64,000 bases of DNA from Mobula hypostoma (taxonomy: Eukaryota): contig NC_086097.1 in NCBI RefSeq assembly GCF_963921235.1, positions 78,618,001-78,682,000 of the forward strand, in the 5' to 3' direction. The first letter of the stretch is position 1, and each line of letters starts with the position of its first letter. Both the position numbers and the translations under genes were made by a program. Positions 13,417 to 26,310 of this stretch are shown piece after piece. The notes under the pieces are model-generated. The model had not been told where the DNA came from and searched no databases. It worked only from the letters and a program-made list of their open reading frames with translations.

Positions 13417-13984
13417 ATATACAAAGTCCTGATTCTATAAGCAAGAAACTCAAAATTTGGTGCAGTGCTTGTATCAAGAAAGTAAATTGGGTTTCACAAA
13501 TGAAGAAGCACCAGCCTGTAGCAACCCAAATCAAGAGTTTAATATATGAGATATGAATAAAACTGCAACATGACAGGAAGGCCATAACATAATTAGATGG
13601 TGAGTTCTACAGTTTTTCTCTCACCCTTAAGAAGGTTGAGTCTCAATTATAATTCAGTACTAACAACACAACTAAAATTAATATCTGGAAATCAATTATG
13701 AACTTAATAACAATTAAACATTATTAACAGCTACAAAGCACCCTTCCTAGTAAAGCGAATTAAATTATAAAAAAAACAGCAAGGCAGGGCGTGGCTTTTG
13801 ACTGTTCCATGTGAGAACACTCAAGATCACAATGATAAACAGCATCCCCATTAAGAGTAAGGGTCTGCAGCTTGAGGACCTTAACGTCTGGAATTCAGGG
13901 AGAGGCATGGCCCCCCTTGCACTTTGTTCCAGCATGTTCCCACAAATAGAAAGAAAGCACAAACTGACTATTTCAGTAGGGACA

Positions 13985-14540
13985 CACAAGAGACAACAAA
14001 TACTGGAATCTGAAACAAAACAAAAGTTGCTGGAAGAGGTCTGTGGTTCAAGCAGCTCTAGGAAGGATATAGACATTTTGGGTCATGACCTTTCATCTGC
14101 ACTGAAGGAGTAGGGAGGGAATAGCCAATACACGGGGATAAATGGGAAGGTTAGGGCAAGAGCTGGCAGGGGTTCATTAGGTCTAGGTGAGGAGGGTTTC
14201 ATTGCAGATAGAGAGAGTCAGCACAGAGGGGGAAATGGAGGTAACCTCCTCTACTTGGTTACACCATCCACTTTCCTTTCTTAACTGATTTTGATTCCCT
14301 AACTTGTGCCTCTTGGTTACCTCTACTTATCACTTCTCAGCCTATGTCATTATCTGCACCTATCACTTGCCACCACTTGACCCCCCAACCACCACCTTCC
14401 CCTCTTCCCCTCACCTCTTTAGACTGGCCTTCCAATCTTTCAGTCCAGATGAAGTTCTCAACCCAAAACATAGACTATCCATTTCCCTTTGCAGATGCTG
14501 CTTGATACACCAAATTCCTCCAGCAGGCAGTTTTTGTTCA
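13985..14540. mobile_element. Penelope-derived element with inverted terminal repeats
   Basis: Minus-strand terminus at about 13985-14240 followed by a plus-strand terminus (cagtccagatgaagttctcaacccaaaacat...gatgctgc...cctccagca). Confidence 0.7.
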
Positions 14541-14599
14541 TTTTGCATGGGCAAGGGTGTAATGTTCAAATTGGGGAAATGAAAGGAATTAGTAGTGAT

Positions 14600-15065
14600 G
14601 ACAGAGTGTAATAAGAGAAGAAGATACTCTTCACTGCAGTAATGAGCACAAGTCCCAAAACTAGAGTTGCCTGCTCAATGTCAGTTAAGGGTTGGAAAGA
14701 TATGAAATGAACAGAGAAATATTTAATTGTTATGATCCATGAAGGTGCCAACAACATGGGTAGCATGGAGGTTACAATGAGGATATTTGAGTGCACAGAA
14801 TCTAAACTTAAAACCAGAAATATAAGATAATAATCTTTTGATTACTGATTGCATCACATGTAATTGGCATAGATTCAAAAAGGTCAGAGAGTTGAATGCA
14901 GGTCACCGAGACTGAAGTTGGAAAAGTGGATTTCAATTCACAAGGCATTGTTAACAGTTCTGGGAAAGAGGAGGCTTTTTAATGGGACAGGTTTGATCTG
15001 ATTCCAGGAAAAACCAGTGCCCTAGTGAACCTAGCAGGGCTATTGAAGGAGCTTTAATCTAAACA
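14600..15065 (+). mobile_element. Old CR1 ORF1 esterase remnant
   Basis: Degenerate similarity to the reverse complement of 59540-60000 (atccatgaaggtgccaacaacatgggtag; ttctgggaaagagg...gggacaggtttgatctg). Confidence 0.55.
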
Positions 15066-15460
15066 ATGGGGAAGGAGATAGATACAGAAGTATGTGGGCA
15101 CAACACACTGGTGAGAGTGCCCAACACCATGCTTTAAAGAAGCTTGCTGTAATTCAAACCTCATGTACTGACTTTGCAGATGCTTCCGACGATTTTTAAC
15201 AAAAGCTTAATGATCATATACCATTTTAAAGACACATCACTTCCACATCTAAGATAATAGAGAGTTGCTGATGGAGATGAGCAGCTTATTGACTCTTCAG
15301 TTTTCAATTACCTCAACAAAAGGAGGAAATCATAAGCCATATTAACTTCTCACCTACACCATACCGGCAGTTTAAAATACCAAAAATTCTTAGCTTCTAT
15401 AGTTAAATATATCTTTGTTGCAGAAAACCTTAGCCTGACTACTTGCAGCACCGACGCTGT

Positions 15461-15671
15461 TGAAGAAAGCCCTTAACTCCGAGTGGAGTCATCGGGACAC
15501 CGTCACGACAGCGTTTTTTTTAAGCAGGCTTTCCTATTTTTATGAGGCCGAGTTGCGAGCTCGACGTTTAACCCAGCACAGATGGAAAGTGTACAAGTGA
15601 GCCGGCTGGATTCGAACTCCGGAGCCTTTGCTCCGAAGTCCGGCGCTGATGCCACTACGCCACCAGCTGGC
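15461..15671 (-). mobile_element. Young tRNA-derived SINE
   Basis: A box TGGCGTAGTGG and B box GTTCGAATCC on the minus strand; CpG-rich; imperfect 13-bp TSD GCACCGACGCTGT / GTACTGACGCTAT. Confidence 0.85.
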
Positions 15672-16309
15672 GTACTGACGCTATAAGCTGATCTAAAAAA
15701 TCTGACAATCTCCATTGCACATGACAATACTATCTTGCATTAGACCGTTAAAATTTGTCACTTTAATCTCTAAAGTTTTAAATCTAAACGCTGATACCAA
15801 TAAGGAGTTTTATTAGAAATATAAAATGTTGAATTTCCGCTTGCCCAACTATTCTAATCCCTTTTTCTCTCTCATGCTTGAGTTAAATAAATAAATAAAT
15901 TCAATCAAAGGCAGACAAATCTAGCTAAAATGTGATTCCATGCCCTTTTGTTTAGGATTTAAGAACTAATCAAGCTACTTAATCTATTAAATTAAAGCAC
16001 AACTTCAGAGTTGTCACTTAACATACTACTCCTATGATTATTTTTACTTTTTACATTCATTGGAAGAAAAACATTAAAATTTTGGTAAGATAAATAGAAA
16101 GATTTTGGTAAGAAAATAGAAAGTGCATTTCCCACTATAATTAAAATAGCTCTAAATTTGCAATTGAAGCTAAAGCTAAAATCAAAATATTTCTTAAACA
16201 AAAAAAACGATGTCATTAAGTCTTCTGATGTCAATCCTAGGAAATATTTAATTTTATATAAAGTATTTTATTGAGTGAGTTGAAAGTTAGTTAGTGATTA
16301 GTAATACTC

Positions 16310-16327
16310 TGCTGCCATCTGCTGTCA
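16310..16327 (-). promoter_or_regulatory. Possible CTCF motif
   Basis: Minus strand TGACAGCAGATGGCAGCA resembles the CCAGCAGATGGCAGCA-type CTCF core and sits in unique AT-rich DNA; motif match only. Confidence 0.3.
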
Positions 16328-16559
16328 TTAGGATAAACTCCTCTGAAGCTTCTATTCACTTTCTACGATTTCTGAGGTGGCTAGTGTGGTCAGTTGGGGA
16401 AGAAAGTGCTTCAGGGCAGATAAATGGATAATTTAGAAATGTTTCCCTTCCTTCTATTTACACTAAACTTCTGTGTGCTCCTGACAAATGAATTTCAAAC
16501 TCTTAATGCCATCATGAATGACCATTTCTCCATTATGAGTGGTCATGAGGCAGAGAGAC

Positions 16560-16760
16560 TCAATTGCACATTTTCAAGGAGCATTTAAGAACATCTGTGA
16601 ATCATTTCTTCTGTCCACCTTGCAATTTCTTGCTGCAATAGAGCTCAAAATAGAGTGTCTATTTCAGGAGTCCATTGTCAAACATTTAAAAAGCATACCC
16701 TAACCAACAGCTCAAACTGAGGATGACTGGGCCCTCAATACTGGGGATTTAGCTGGGAAA
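16560..16760 (-). mobile_element. RTE-clade LINE remnant
   Basis: Translates WLGYAF*MFDNGLLK*TLYFELYCSKKLQGGQKK*FTDVLKCSLK, like the RTE C-terminal WxGH..RLPK..LY.EL..GGQ.KR..D.LK motif. Confidence 0.7.
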
Positions 16761-16799
16761 TCATTCTACCAATTCTTGACGCAAATTTCCGCCTGATCT

Positions 16800-17330
16800 A
16801 TATCCTTATGCGTCCATTGATGACCTTCCCAATTATCCAAAACTCCATCAATTTTCATGTTACCTGCAAACTTACAAACTAGACCACCTACATTTTCAAA
16901 CAATCAACGTACATCACGAACAGCTGAGCTTCCAGCAATGATCCACGCAAACCACCACTAGTCACCGCCTCCAGACAGAAAAGCACACCGCTACCACTCT
17001 CTTGACTTCTATGAACAAGCCAATTTTGGATCTAATTTACCAAGTAGACAACACCCACAGCCCTACCCTCAAAAAACATCTTTGTTATCTCCTCAAGAAA
17101 CTAAATCAAATTTTTGAAACAGTACCTTCTCAACATAAAGCAATGCAGACTATCCATAATAGGTCTACGCTTTTCAGAAAGCAAATAAATCATGGTCTTA
17201 TGGATCATCTCCACTAATTTTCCTACCACTGAAGTAAGGCCCACCAGCTTTGAAATTCCTGGTTTATCCTTGTTGTCCTTATAAACAAGGAACAACATTG
17301 ATTATTTTCAATTCCTTGTGTACCTTATTC
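16800..17330 (-). mobile_element. Old CR1 RT remnant
   Basis: KPG...LTSVVGKL and FA motifs, degenerate. Confidence 0.65.
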
Positions 17331-17339
17331 ATAACTGAC

Positions 17340-19030
17340 CCTTATGCAGAATTTGTTTGATGCATTCAGGACGGTTTCTTAAATCAATATGTAAGTGTTC
17401 CAGTAAGAGGAAGGGTCATACAGGACCTGATGTTGAACTGTCCAGGTAACTAGACCTTTCAATAAGATAACATTTAGGAAACAGTGATCACCATTCCTTA
17501 AGTTTTAAAATAGCTATAGATATTAGATATATAATCATGGACCCCGTGGGAAAGTAATAAGTTGGAGCAGGGCAAAGACCGTAAGACCATAAGACAAAGG
17601 AGCAGAAGTAGGCCATTTGGCCCATCGAGTCTGCTCCGCCAATTTATCATGAGCTGATCCACTCTCCTATTTAGTCCCACTCCCCCACCTTCTCACCATA
17701 ACCTTTGATGCCCTGGCTACTCAGATACCTATCAATCTCTGCCTTAAATACACCCAATGACTTGGCCTCCACTGCTGCCCGTGGCAACAATTTCCATAGA
17801 TTCACCATCCTCTGACTAAAAAAATTTCTTCGCATTTCTGTTCTGAATGGGCGCCTTTCAATCCTTAAGTCATGCCCTCTCGTACTAGACTCCCCCATCA
17901 TGGGAAACAACTTTGCCACATCCACTCTGTCCATGTGCAGACTATTAGACAGCAGCTAGGGAGAGTTAATTAGAAACAACTGTTTCTGGGCAGGTATGTT
18001 CCAGTAAGAAAGATAGACAAGGATGCCAAGATAAGGGAACCTTGGATATTGAGAGGTGGTGAATTTAGTCAAGATGAAAAGGGAAGCATATGCAAAGTTT
18101 AGGAAGCTAAAATCAAACAGAGCCCAAGAGGACTATAAAGAAGTCAGACAAGAATGCATGAAGGTAAAGAGGAAAGCGAAAGGGGGCCATAAACAAAGTC
18201 CTTGGTAAGTGGGATTAAAGAGATTCCCAGAGCATTCTATACATACACAAAGAGCAAGAGGATAACTAGGGAGCAGGTAGGGCCAGTCAAGGATAAAGGA
18301 GGGAACATGTGCTTGAAGGCAGAGGATGTGAGTGAGGTTGTAAAGGAGTACTTTGCATCAGTAATACCGAGGAGAAAAGCGTGGAGGATAGGGAGATTAG
18401 TGTGAAGCATGCTAATATGTTAGGGTATTTTGAGATAAAGAAAGGGGCAATGCTGGGTCTCTTAATGAACATTACAGTGGATAAGCCCTCAAGGCTTGAT
18501 GGGATGTAGCCCAGGTTACTGAGAAAGGCAAGAGATGAGATTCATGGGGCATTGCCCAATATCTTCATGTCCTCTCTAGCCACAGGTGAATTCCCAGAGA
18601 ATTGGTGAGTAATTTATGTTGTTCCTTCATTCAAGGAGGGAAATAGGGGCAATCCTGGAAACTATAGACTGGGGAATCTCACATCAGTGGTAGGAAAGTC
18701 ATTGGAAAGCATTCTTAGGGATAGGATTTATGACCAATTGGACAACCATGGCCTAATTAGGAACAGTCAGAATAGCTTTGGGAAAGGCAAATTGTGTCTT
18801 ACTAACCAGAATTTTTTTTGAGAAGGTGACATGAGGTAGATGCTGGATATTGTGTATATGAATTTTAGTAAAGCATTTAACAAGATCATTCATGAGAGGT
18901 TCATCCTGAAGATTAAGAGGCATAGGATCTATGGTAAATTGACCATTTGGATTCAGAAGACAGAGGATAGTAGTTCTTGGGACCTATTCTGGCTGAAGAT
19001 TAGTGGCTAACTGTGTTCCACAAGTTCCGT
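17340..19030 (+). mobile_element. Old CR1 ORF2 (endonuclease to RT), interrupted by a younger CR1
   Basis: FLNQYV..P, SDH, IKEIPRAFYTY.KSKRITRE.VGP, NPGNYR, LTSVVGK and FSKAF motifs with many lesions. Confidence 0.8.
17575..17935 (-). mobile_element. Young CR1 3' fragment
   Basis: DRVDVAKLFP...RNFFSQRMVNLW...; aagaccataagac tail. Confidence 0.9.
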
Positions 19031-20033
19031 TGATGAACGGTCAGCTCAGATGTCATTACATTTAGCTGCAATGTGGCTTTTTGGCATTTATCATTCTAAC
19101 ATATTATCTTGTCAAATTGATAAGGTTTCTCAAGTGCAATCATTTTTATTCTACTATAACCACTATGATAAACTTTAGATATCGTCTTCCTTGATCTATG
19201 TTATTATGTTTCTTCCTTACACAGATGCAGTGACTTACTGATTGTATCTTAAAATGATACGCAATTCTGTTTAAGATTATAGATACGCAAAGGAAATGTA
19301 TGTACCATGAACCAACATCATTCTGAGTCAGATAAGATTGCTGCCCAGAAAGAGCTAAAATAGATGAAAAATGATGGTATCAGTGATGGCAAGCAAAGAG
19401 AGAATAACTAAAAGAAAAAACATGGCAACAGAGTGCATTCAGAGTTGGCACAGGAAGAGAAACTATGATGGAAGATGGGAACAGATCAGGGATTAACTAA
19501 ATAGGACCCAGAATGCAATGGTACTGAAATACAAGTAAAACTAAATTCTGACTTTAAAACTGTAAAAAGTAGAGAAAGCCCTCCCATTTACAGTCAAGGT
19601 TGCTGATTGTTTTAAACAGTAGTCTATTGTTCCTCCAGAGAGCATTAAGTTAGAATTTCATTTAATAATGAATAAAGCTCTACGAACTTATCATAGCCAG
19701 GCATCTCATCCTTGTCGCTAATTTGTTGAGTTCACTGACCTATTACGACTGATGAAACCCAAGCCAGGAGATAGAACATGAAATGAACCTTTATTCAGGA
19801 AAACCATGCAGCTATGAAAGCTTCACAGTTTATCACAAAGTATGACTACTTAAACAGTTTACCCAAGAATATTTGAGATGTTGTTAGAACAACGACCCGT
19901 CGGTGAAAGTCAGCCTAGGATTGACTGTCAGCCAATCAGTAGGAGTTAGTTGTTTCAGCTTGCTGTAACACAGAGCAAACAGGAAGAGATCACCAGTAAT
20001 AAAAAAAATCTTGTAAACCGTCTAAATTCATAC

Positions 20034-20126
20034 CATGGGCTTGTTCATTAGATTTCCTTTCATAGTCCTCCACAGGGAGTTGGGTGTGGAATATAGACAT
20101 AACCAGGAGTTCTTCAGCTGATTGAA
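20034..20126 (-). CDS. FSIP1: FSIP1 coding exon 6
   Basis: ttcttccttttcag|TT...CATG|gtatga; encodes VQSAEELLVMSIFHTQLPVEDYERKSNEQAH (recalled SVFHTQIPPEEYE); 93 nt, phase 1 to 1. Confidence 0.95.
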
Positions 20127-22399
20127 CTGAAAAGGAAGAATCATGTAATCATAGTCACAAAGAATTAATAAATTATAAAGTTTATACTGATGTGTTTTCA
20201 CTTTACTACAGATTATTTTTTGTTTTGTATTCAAAACAACTTTGAAACCCTGTTGGTGATGTTGCCCCACAAAGCGGAGTAAACCACAATCATGAAAAGG
20301 CCTCAAATAGTGCATCCTGAGGACCTACTTCTTGAATGGTCAAATGGTGTTTATGCAGCTCACAGTTGTAAAAGCCTTTTGAACCACTTCTTAATGTTTC
20401 TGAAAATCATTTAGATCATCATAAAAATAAAACTTAATCAATAAAATAATACACTTACTCTACACTGTAGAAAGCAAAGTAAAATAATTATTGATGAACC
20501 AATCACTTCTATACAATTATTTTTGCTTTAAATATGCTTTATTGATCCTATCAAATAATTGGAACCACACTACTAACATCAGTTAGTCCTACAAAGTGCA
20601 CACGACACTGACTTCATTGTCGTAGATAAAGATCAGATGTATCTACATCCATTGTACAGAGAAAACAAACTGAACAGGACATGGATACTAAGCAGCACAG
20701 CCTAACCATGATCACTCTTTATAATCCTTCCAACTACTGATCCTTTCGACAAGGTGTAATTGTATAGATCTAATCAATCACATTTCAACAAAAATCAAAA
20801 ATCCCAAAGTATTTGAAATAATGCAAATATTCACAAATTGCATGTACTGTATGCAAACAAGTGCATTGTTGTCAAACATAAATACTAAATATGGATCATA
20901 AACATTGGCAGAGATTTATTGAATGAAGTAGTCTTTTGCTCCAAAACAAAATTTAATATAAAATATATCTAGCAGTCTTTGCCAACCTTTAAAAATGTAG
21001 TTTAATTGCAGATTAGATCTTACCAATAAAATTACATAAACAAAAATCATTTAGTCTACAGCTTCTGTAAAAGTTTCTCACCCTTCCTATTTTATATCCT
21101 AATAAAAATAATTGCTTTATCAACACAAATTTTTGGAGATAGAGGGCAGAATTAAATCTACGAACTCCAACTCTTCAGCTTCCTCTGCCAATCCCTCCCT
21201 TTTTGATATGAACTGCCTGCTGCAGATGTACTCTTGCCTGTCAGTATTCAGGTCACACCCATTAAAGAACCTGCTCCCAAGGTCTCTCCAAATCAGAATC
21301 ACCAGAAAGAACAGTGTAGATTGAAGGCACATTTACATTAGTGCCTCCATATCTTCCACTGTCAGACTCCATTTGCAATGCCATTCACTTTCTTGGCTTC
21401 TACTCAGTGCCAGCTCTGGCAGTTCTGCAACAAAACCTTAGATTCTCATGTCAGATTGGTTCCCCAAATAGTGTTGAGTTTAGTGTTACCTTCCTTGTCT
21501 TAACCCAGCTGAAAAGCAGAACTGACCAAGCACCCTTCAACACTCCAGTCAAAAAAATTAATAATATCTGGACAAAATACTAAAACAGATAAAAAGCAAA
21601 ATAGAAACAAAAAAATCCTGGAGTTCAAAATAATGTGGAAACAAAAATCAGAAATTGGAAACAAAACACTATGTGCCAAAGCAAGTTCAGAATGAGGATG
21701 GACAGAGAAGTCCACTAGGTCAATAGCCAGAGATTAGAAAGTATAACTAGATTCTTGGTCAAATAACTGTATATAAAACTTGATTTTAATAGGGTAGAAA
21801 GAAAAATTTTACGCCAAAATTTCTGAATGTAAGTCATCTAGGCCGTCTGACACTCTTCCATCAATGATGTAGAGAAGGAATTATCTAATAAAATCATTGC
21901 AGAAGGAAATACAAAGTTGACAACAATACAAAAAAAAAGGAATTGGGGTCAATCTTAAAGTCCAGGTTTTGAAATTTATGCATGGGAGTTTAGGATGAAC
22001 TTTGTCAACCTAGTTTTACAGGGTTATCTATGCACTCTGGATTATCTGATGAATTGCAAGATAAAGAGGTGTATAATTCAATACACAACAGATTATTATA
22101 AAGCAAAGCAGTCCATTTACTCAGTAAATATAGTACTTTTAAAGAATAAAAAAAGGGAACACAAAAGAACATCATTCAGGATAGAAGCTCATCCTACCTG
22201 TGACATCCTGAGCTAGCTCTCAGTACATTTTACCATTCCTTCTTCAAATCCAGGTGAGTTCTTTTTCAAACAGAGATATAGTTCCCTGCTGAATATTGTT
22301 ATCAAATCTGCCACCACCACTCTACAAGGCCATGTATTGTGAAGCTTAATGTCAAGAAACAGAACCATTCATACAAGTCCATTGTATCAATACATTAAC

Positions 22400-22545
22400 A
22401 ACTCTGAAGCTTTTACACTTGCTCTCCATTCTTATTGTTTGACCTTATTCTACCTCAATGCAATGTGTAATCATTTGATCTATATGAACAGTATGCAAGA
22501 CAAGCCTTTCACTGTATCTTGGTACATATGACAATAATAACTCAC
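22400..22545 (+). mobile_element. Rex1-type 3' tail remnant
   Basis: tatgaacagtatgcaagacaagc.tttcactgtatcttggtacat.tgacaataataa; a related reverse copy lies near 24570-24620. Confidence 0.5.
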
Positions 22546-22728
22546 CAATAATAACAACTCACTAAAATTCCCCATTTGACCTCACCACTTGTTTCTTTTT
22601 ATCAATAATTTTAATTCTGTGTCCTTAGAATTACTAACCTTCCTACGAATAGCAAAATTTTCCCTCTAGAAATTCCATTAAAACTCCTTGAAGGAGAGTT
22701 TAATAAAGTGCTTATCTTTACAGTTCTA

Positions 22729-24143
22729 GGAACAGCAGTTATAATGGGTGACTTCAATCTACATGTAGACTGGGTGAACCAAATTGGTAAAGGTGCTGAG
22801 GAAGAGGATTTCTTGGAATGTATGCGGGATGGTTTTTTGAACCAACATGTCGAGGAACCGACTAGAGAGCAGGCTATTCTGGACTGGGTTTTGAGCAATG
22901 AGGAAGGGTTAATTAGCGATCTTGTCGTGAGAGGCCCCTTGGGTAAGAGTGACCATAATATGGTGGAATTCTTCATTAACATGGAGAGTGACGTAGTTAA
23001 TTCAGAAACAAAGGTTCTGAACTTAAAGAGGGGTAACTTTGAAGGTATGAGAATTGTTCATAGGGGAGAACCAGTGGATGTGGTATATTTGGATTTTCAA
23101 AAGGCTTTTGACAAGGTCCCACATAGGAGATTAGTGTGCAAACTTAAAGCACACGGTATTGGGGGTAAGGTATTGGTGTGGGTGGAGAATTGGTTAGCAG
23201 ACAGGAAGCAAAGAGTGGGAATAAACGGGACCTTTTCAGAATGGCAGGCGGTGACTAGTGGGGTACCGCAAGGCTCAGTGCTGGGACCCCAGTTGTTTAC
23301 AATATATATTAATGACTTGGATGAGGGAATTAAATGCAGCATCTCCAAGTTTGCGGATGACACGAAGCTGGGTGGCAGTGTTAGCAGTGAGGAGGATGCT
23401 AAGAGGATGCAGGGTGACTTGGATAGGTTGGGTGATTATACACCAGTCATTGAAAGTGGGCATGCAGGTACAGCAGGCGGTGAAAAAGGCGAACGGTATG
23501 CTGGCATTTATAGCGAGAGGATTCGAGTACAGGAGCAGGGAGGTACTACTGCAGTTGTACAAGGCCTTGGTGAGACCACACCTGGAGTATTGTGTGCAGT
23601 TTTGGTCCCCTAATCTGAGGAAAGACATCTTTGCCATAGAGGGAGTACAAAGAAGGTTCACCAGATTGATTCCTGGGATGGCAGGTCTTTCATATGAAGA
23701 AAGACTGGATGAACTGGGCTTGTACTCGTTGGAATTTAGAAGATTGAGGGGGGATCTGATTGAAACGTATAAGATCCTAAAGGGATTGGACAGGCTAGAT
23801 GCAGGAAGATTGTTCCCGATGTTGGGGAGGTCTAGAACGAGGGGTCACAGTTTGAGGATAGAGGGGAAGCCTTTTAGGACCGAGGTTAGGAAAAACTTCT
23901 TCACACAGAGAGTGGTGAATCTGTGGAATTCTCTGCCACAGCAAACTGTTGAGGCCAGTTCATTAGCTATGTTTAAAAGGAAGTTAGATATGGCCCTTGT
24001 GGCTTCAGGGGTCAGGGGGTATGGAGGGAAGGCTGGGTTCTGAGTTGGATGATCAGCCATGATCATAATAAATGGCGGTGCAGGCTCGAAGGGCCGAATG
24101 GCCTACTCCTGCACCTATTTTCTATGTTTCTATGTTTCTATGT
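22729..24143 (+). mobile_element. Young CR1 LINE with two internal deletions
   Basis: APE motifs (MGDFN, LGKSDHN) joined in frame to RT (YLDFQKAFDKVPH, GVPQGSVLGP, FADD), intact C-terminus and (TTTCTATG)n tail. Confidence 0.95.
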
Positions 24144-24984
24144 AATCCCAGTTTCGCTATTCTCTCCAGATAACCAAAACCACTCAGCCCTGATATCAGT
24201 CCTGTAAATCTCTTCACTTCCCTCTTAAGATGTTGATGTTATGTCTACAGCTAGATGCATTACTTTGGCCATGATATTCCTTGTTTTTTGTCATAAAGCA
24301 AAAACCACAGGTGTTACTTAATCTGCTAAACTAAAAATGCTGGAAAAGTTTTAAGTTTTTTTGTTTTATCTTGCTTCCTTGTCAAAGTTGCTCCCTGGCG
24401 GGGCACAAATATTGACAATCAACATTTAAGTAAGGAGCACCATTGAATTATAATCAGCAATTTCAAAATATGATGTGAAAATTTTCATAAAACAAGTGTT
24501 TTAAGATATTTGACAAAATTGATCATAATAATTTTGTCCATTTATAACTTCTTCATCCTGATAAACCAGTTTACATGTACCAAAATACAGTGAAAAACAT
24601 GTCTTGAATACTGTTCTTGCTTATCTATTCATTAGGAGTTTAGAGATAACTTTGGTTATGATTACAGTATTGATGGAGCTACAGTCAATAAACAGTCATC
24701 TAATACAAGTGTCTTTACTGCGCAAATGGCCCAGAAATGAGTGTAGTGCCAGGGAAATGGCATCTGTGTAGACATTAATTGTATGTCTAAATCTAAACAA
24801 AAAATTACCACTGAATCACATTCCCAATAACCTCTGCTTTTATAGAGTCATAGAATCATAGTTATAGATTACTACAGCACAGAAACAGGCTCTTTGGCTC
24901 ATCGAGTCCACACCAAACTATTGATCAGCCGAGTCCTATCGATCTGCACCTGGACCATAGCTCCACATACCACTCCCATCCATG

Positions 24985-25502
24985 TTCAAAGTTCAAAGTA
25001 CAGTAAATTTAATATCAACGTATAGATATATCACCATATACAACCCTGAGATTCATTTTCTTCTGGGGCATACTCTCAAAAACCATAATGAATCAATAGA
25101 AGATCCCCCCAACAGGGCGAACAAACAACCAATATGCAAAAGATGATAAACTGGGAAAATACAAAAGAAAAATAATAATAATAATAATAAATAAGCAGTA
25201 AATATCAAGAACATGAGGTGAAGATTTAGTCCTTGAAAGTGAGACCATAGGTTGAGGGAACAATTCAGTGATGGCATGAGTGAAGTTGGGTGAAGTTATC
25301 CCCCCTGGTTCAAGAACCTGATGGTTGAGGAGTAATAACTGTTTCTGAACCTGGTGGTGAGAGTCCTGAGGCTCCAGCACCTTTTTGCTGATGGTAGCAG
25401 CGAGAAGAGAGCATGACCTAAGTAATGGGATCCCAGACGATCAATGCTGCTTTCCTGTAACAGCACTCCACATAGATGTGCTCAGTGGCAGCGGAGGGTT
25501 TT
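24985..25502 (-). mobile_element. Rex1-type LINE 3' fragment
   Basis: ttcaaagttcaaag tail and degenerate LPS..RC..L..TTRF.NS C-terminus; ATCCATG present on both sides. Confidence 0.8.
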
Positions 25503-25791
25503 ATCCATGATGAATCGATCCAACTTGCTCTTAAGTGTTGAAATTGAACGGGCATCCCACATTTCAGCAGGCAACTTGTTCCACACTCTCACCACCCTCA
25601 GTGAAGAAGTTCCTCCTTATGCCCCCCTTAAACATTTCACCTTTCAGCCTTAACCCATCACCTCTACGTTTAGTCCCAGCCAAACACAGTGGAAAAAGTC
25701 TGCTTGCTGTACTACCTTTAATATTCCAGTAATATTTGAGTAATATTGTAAGTATATTGTTTGCTTACATAATTCATTATGGGTTTATATA

Positions 25792-26310
25792 CAGTACTGT
25801 GCAAAAATCCTGGGCACATATATAGAGCTAAGGTGCACAGTACTGTATTTGTAAACATGGAGCGGAGAGCGAGTTTGTAAATCTGGTGGGAGCCAAGGAT
25901 GTTGGAAATGCCGAGGGTGGAGTGCTGCAGGAGATGTGTGGACACGTGGCAGAGAATGAGTAACAAGGTGATGGGGTGGCATGGCTGCAGGCACACCCAG
26001 TCCTGAGACACGAAGCAAGGTCATTCGATTACAAACAATTGTTTTATTACAGAATGTCTCGGATGCTTCCTGCTCCCTTCCCTCTCCCTTCTCTTTTCAA
26101 AGCCATGATTCCCCTCACCCAGTTTCCTTCCTACTCTCAATCCACAGTCGAGACCCATATCAGACTCAGGGTTATCATCACTCACGTAGGTCAAGAATTT
26201 GAGGGTTTTTGCAACAGCAATACAGTGCATTACAAAAAATTACTACAGGACTGTTCAAAAGTCTTAGGCACCCTAGCTAGATATGTGCCTAAGACTTTTG
26301 CACAGTACTG
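25792..26310. mobile_element. Composite Tc1/mariner-type non-autonomous element
   Basis: TA TSD; 30-bp TIR CAGTACTGTGCAAAA(A/G)TC(C/T)T(G/A)GGCACATAT; second copy at about 61470-61973. Confidence 0.88.

Noticed and set aside
15590..15671. tRNA gene
   Set aside because: A and B boxes are present, but the sequence continues into a SINE body with a TSD and I could not fold a full cloverleaf.
21112..21332. Opposing 70-aa ORFs
   Set aside because: No supported splice context or identifiable homology.
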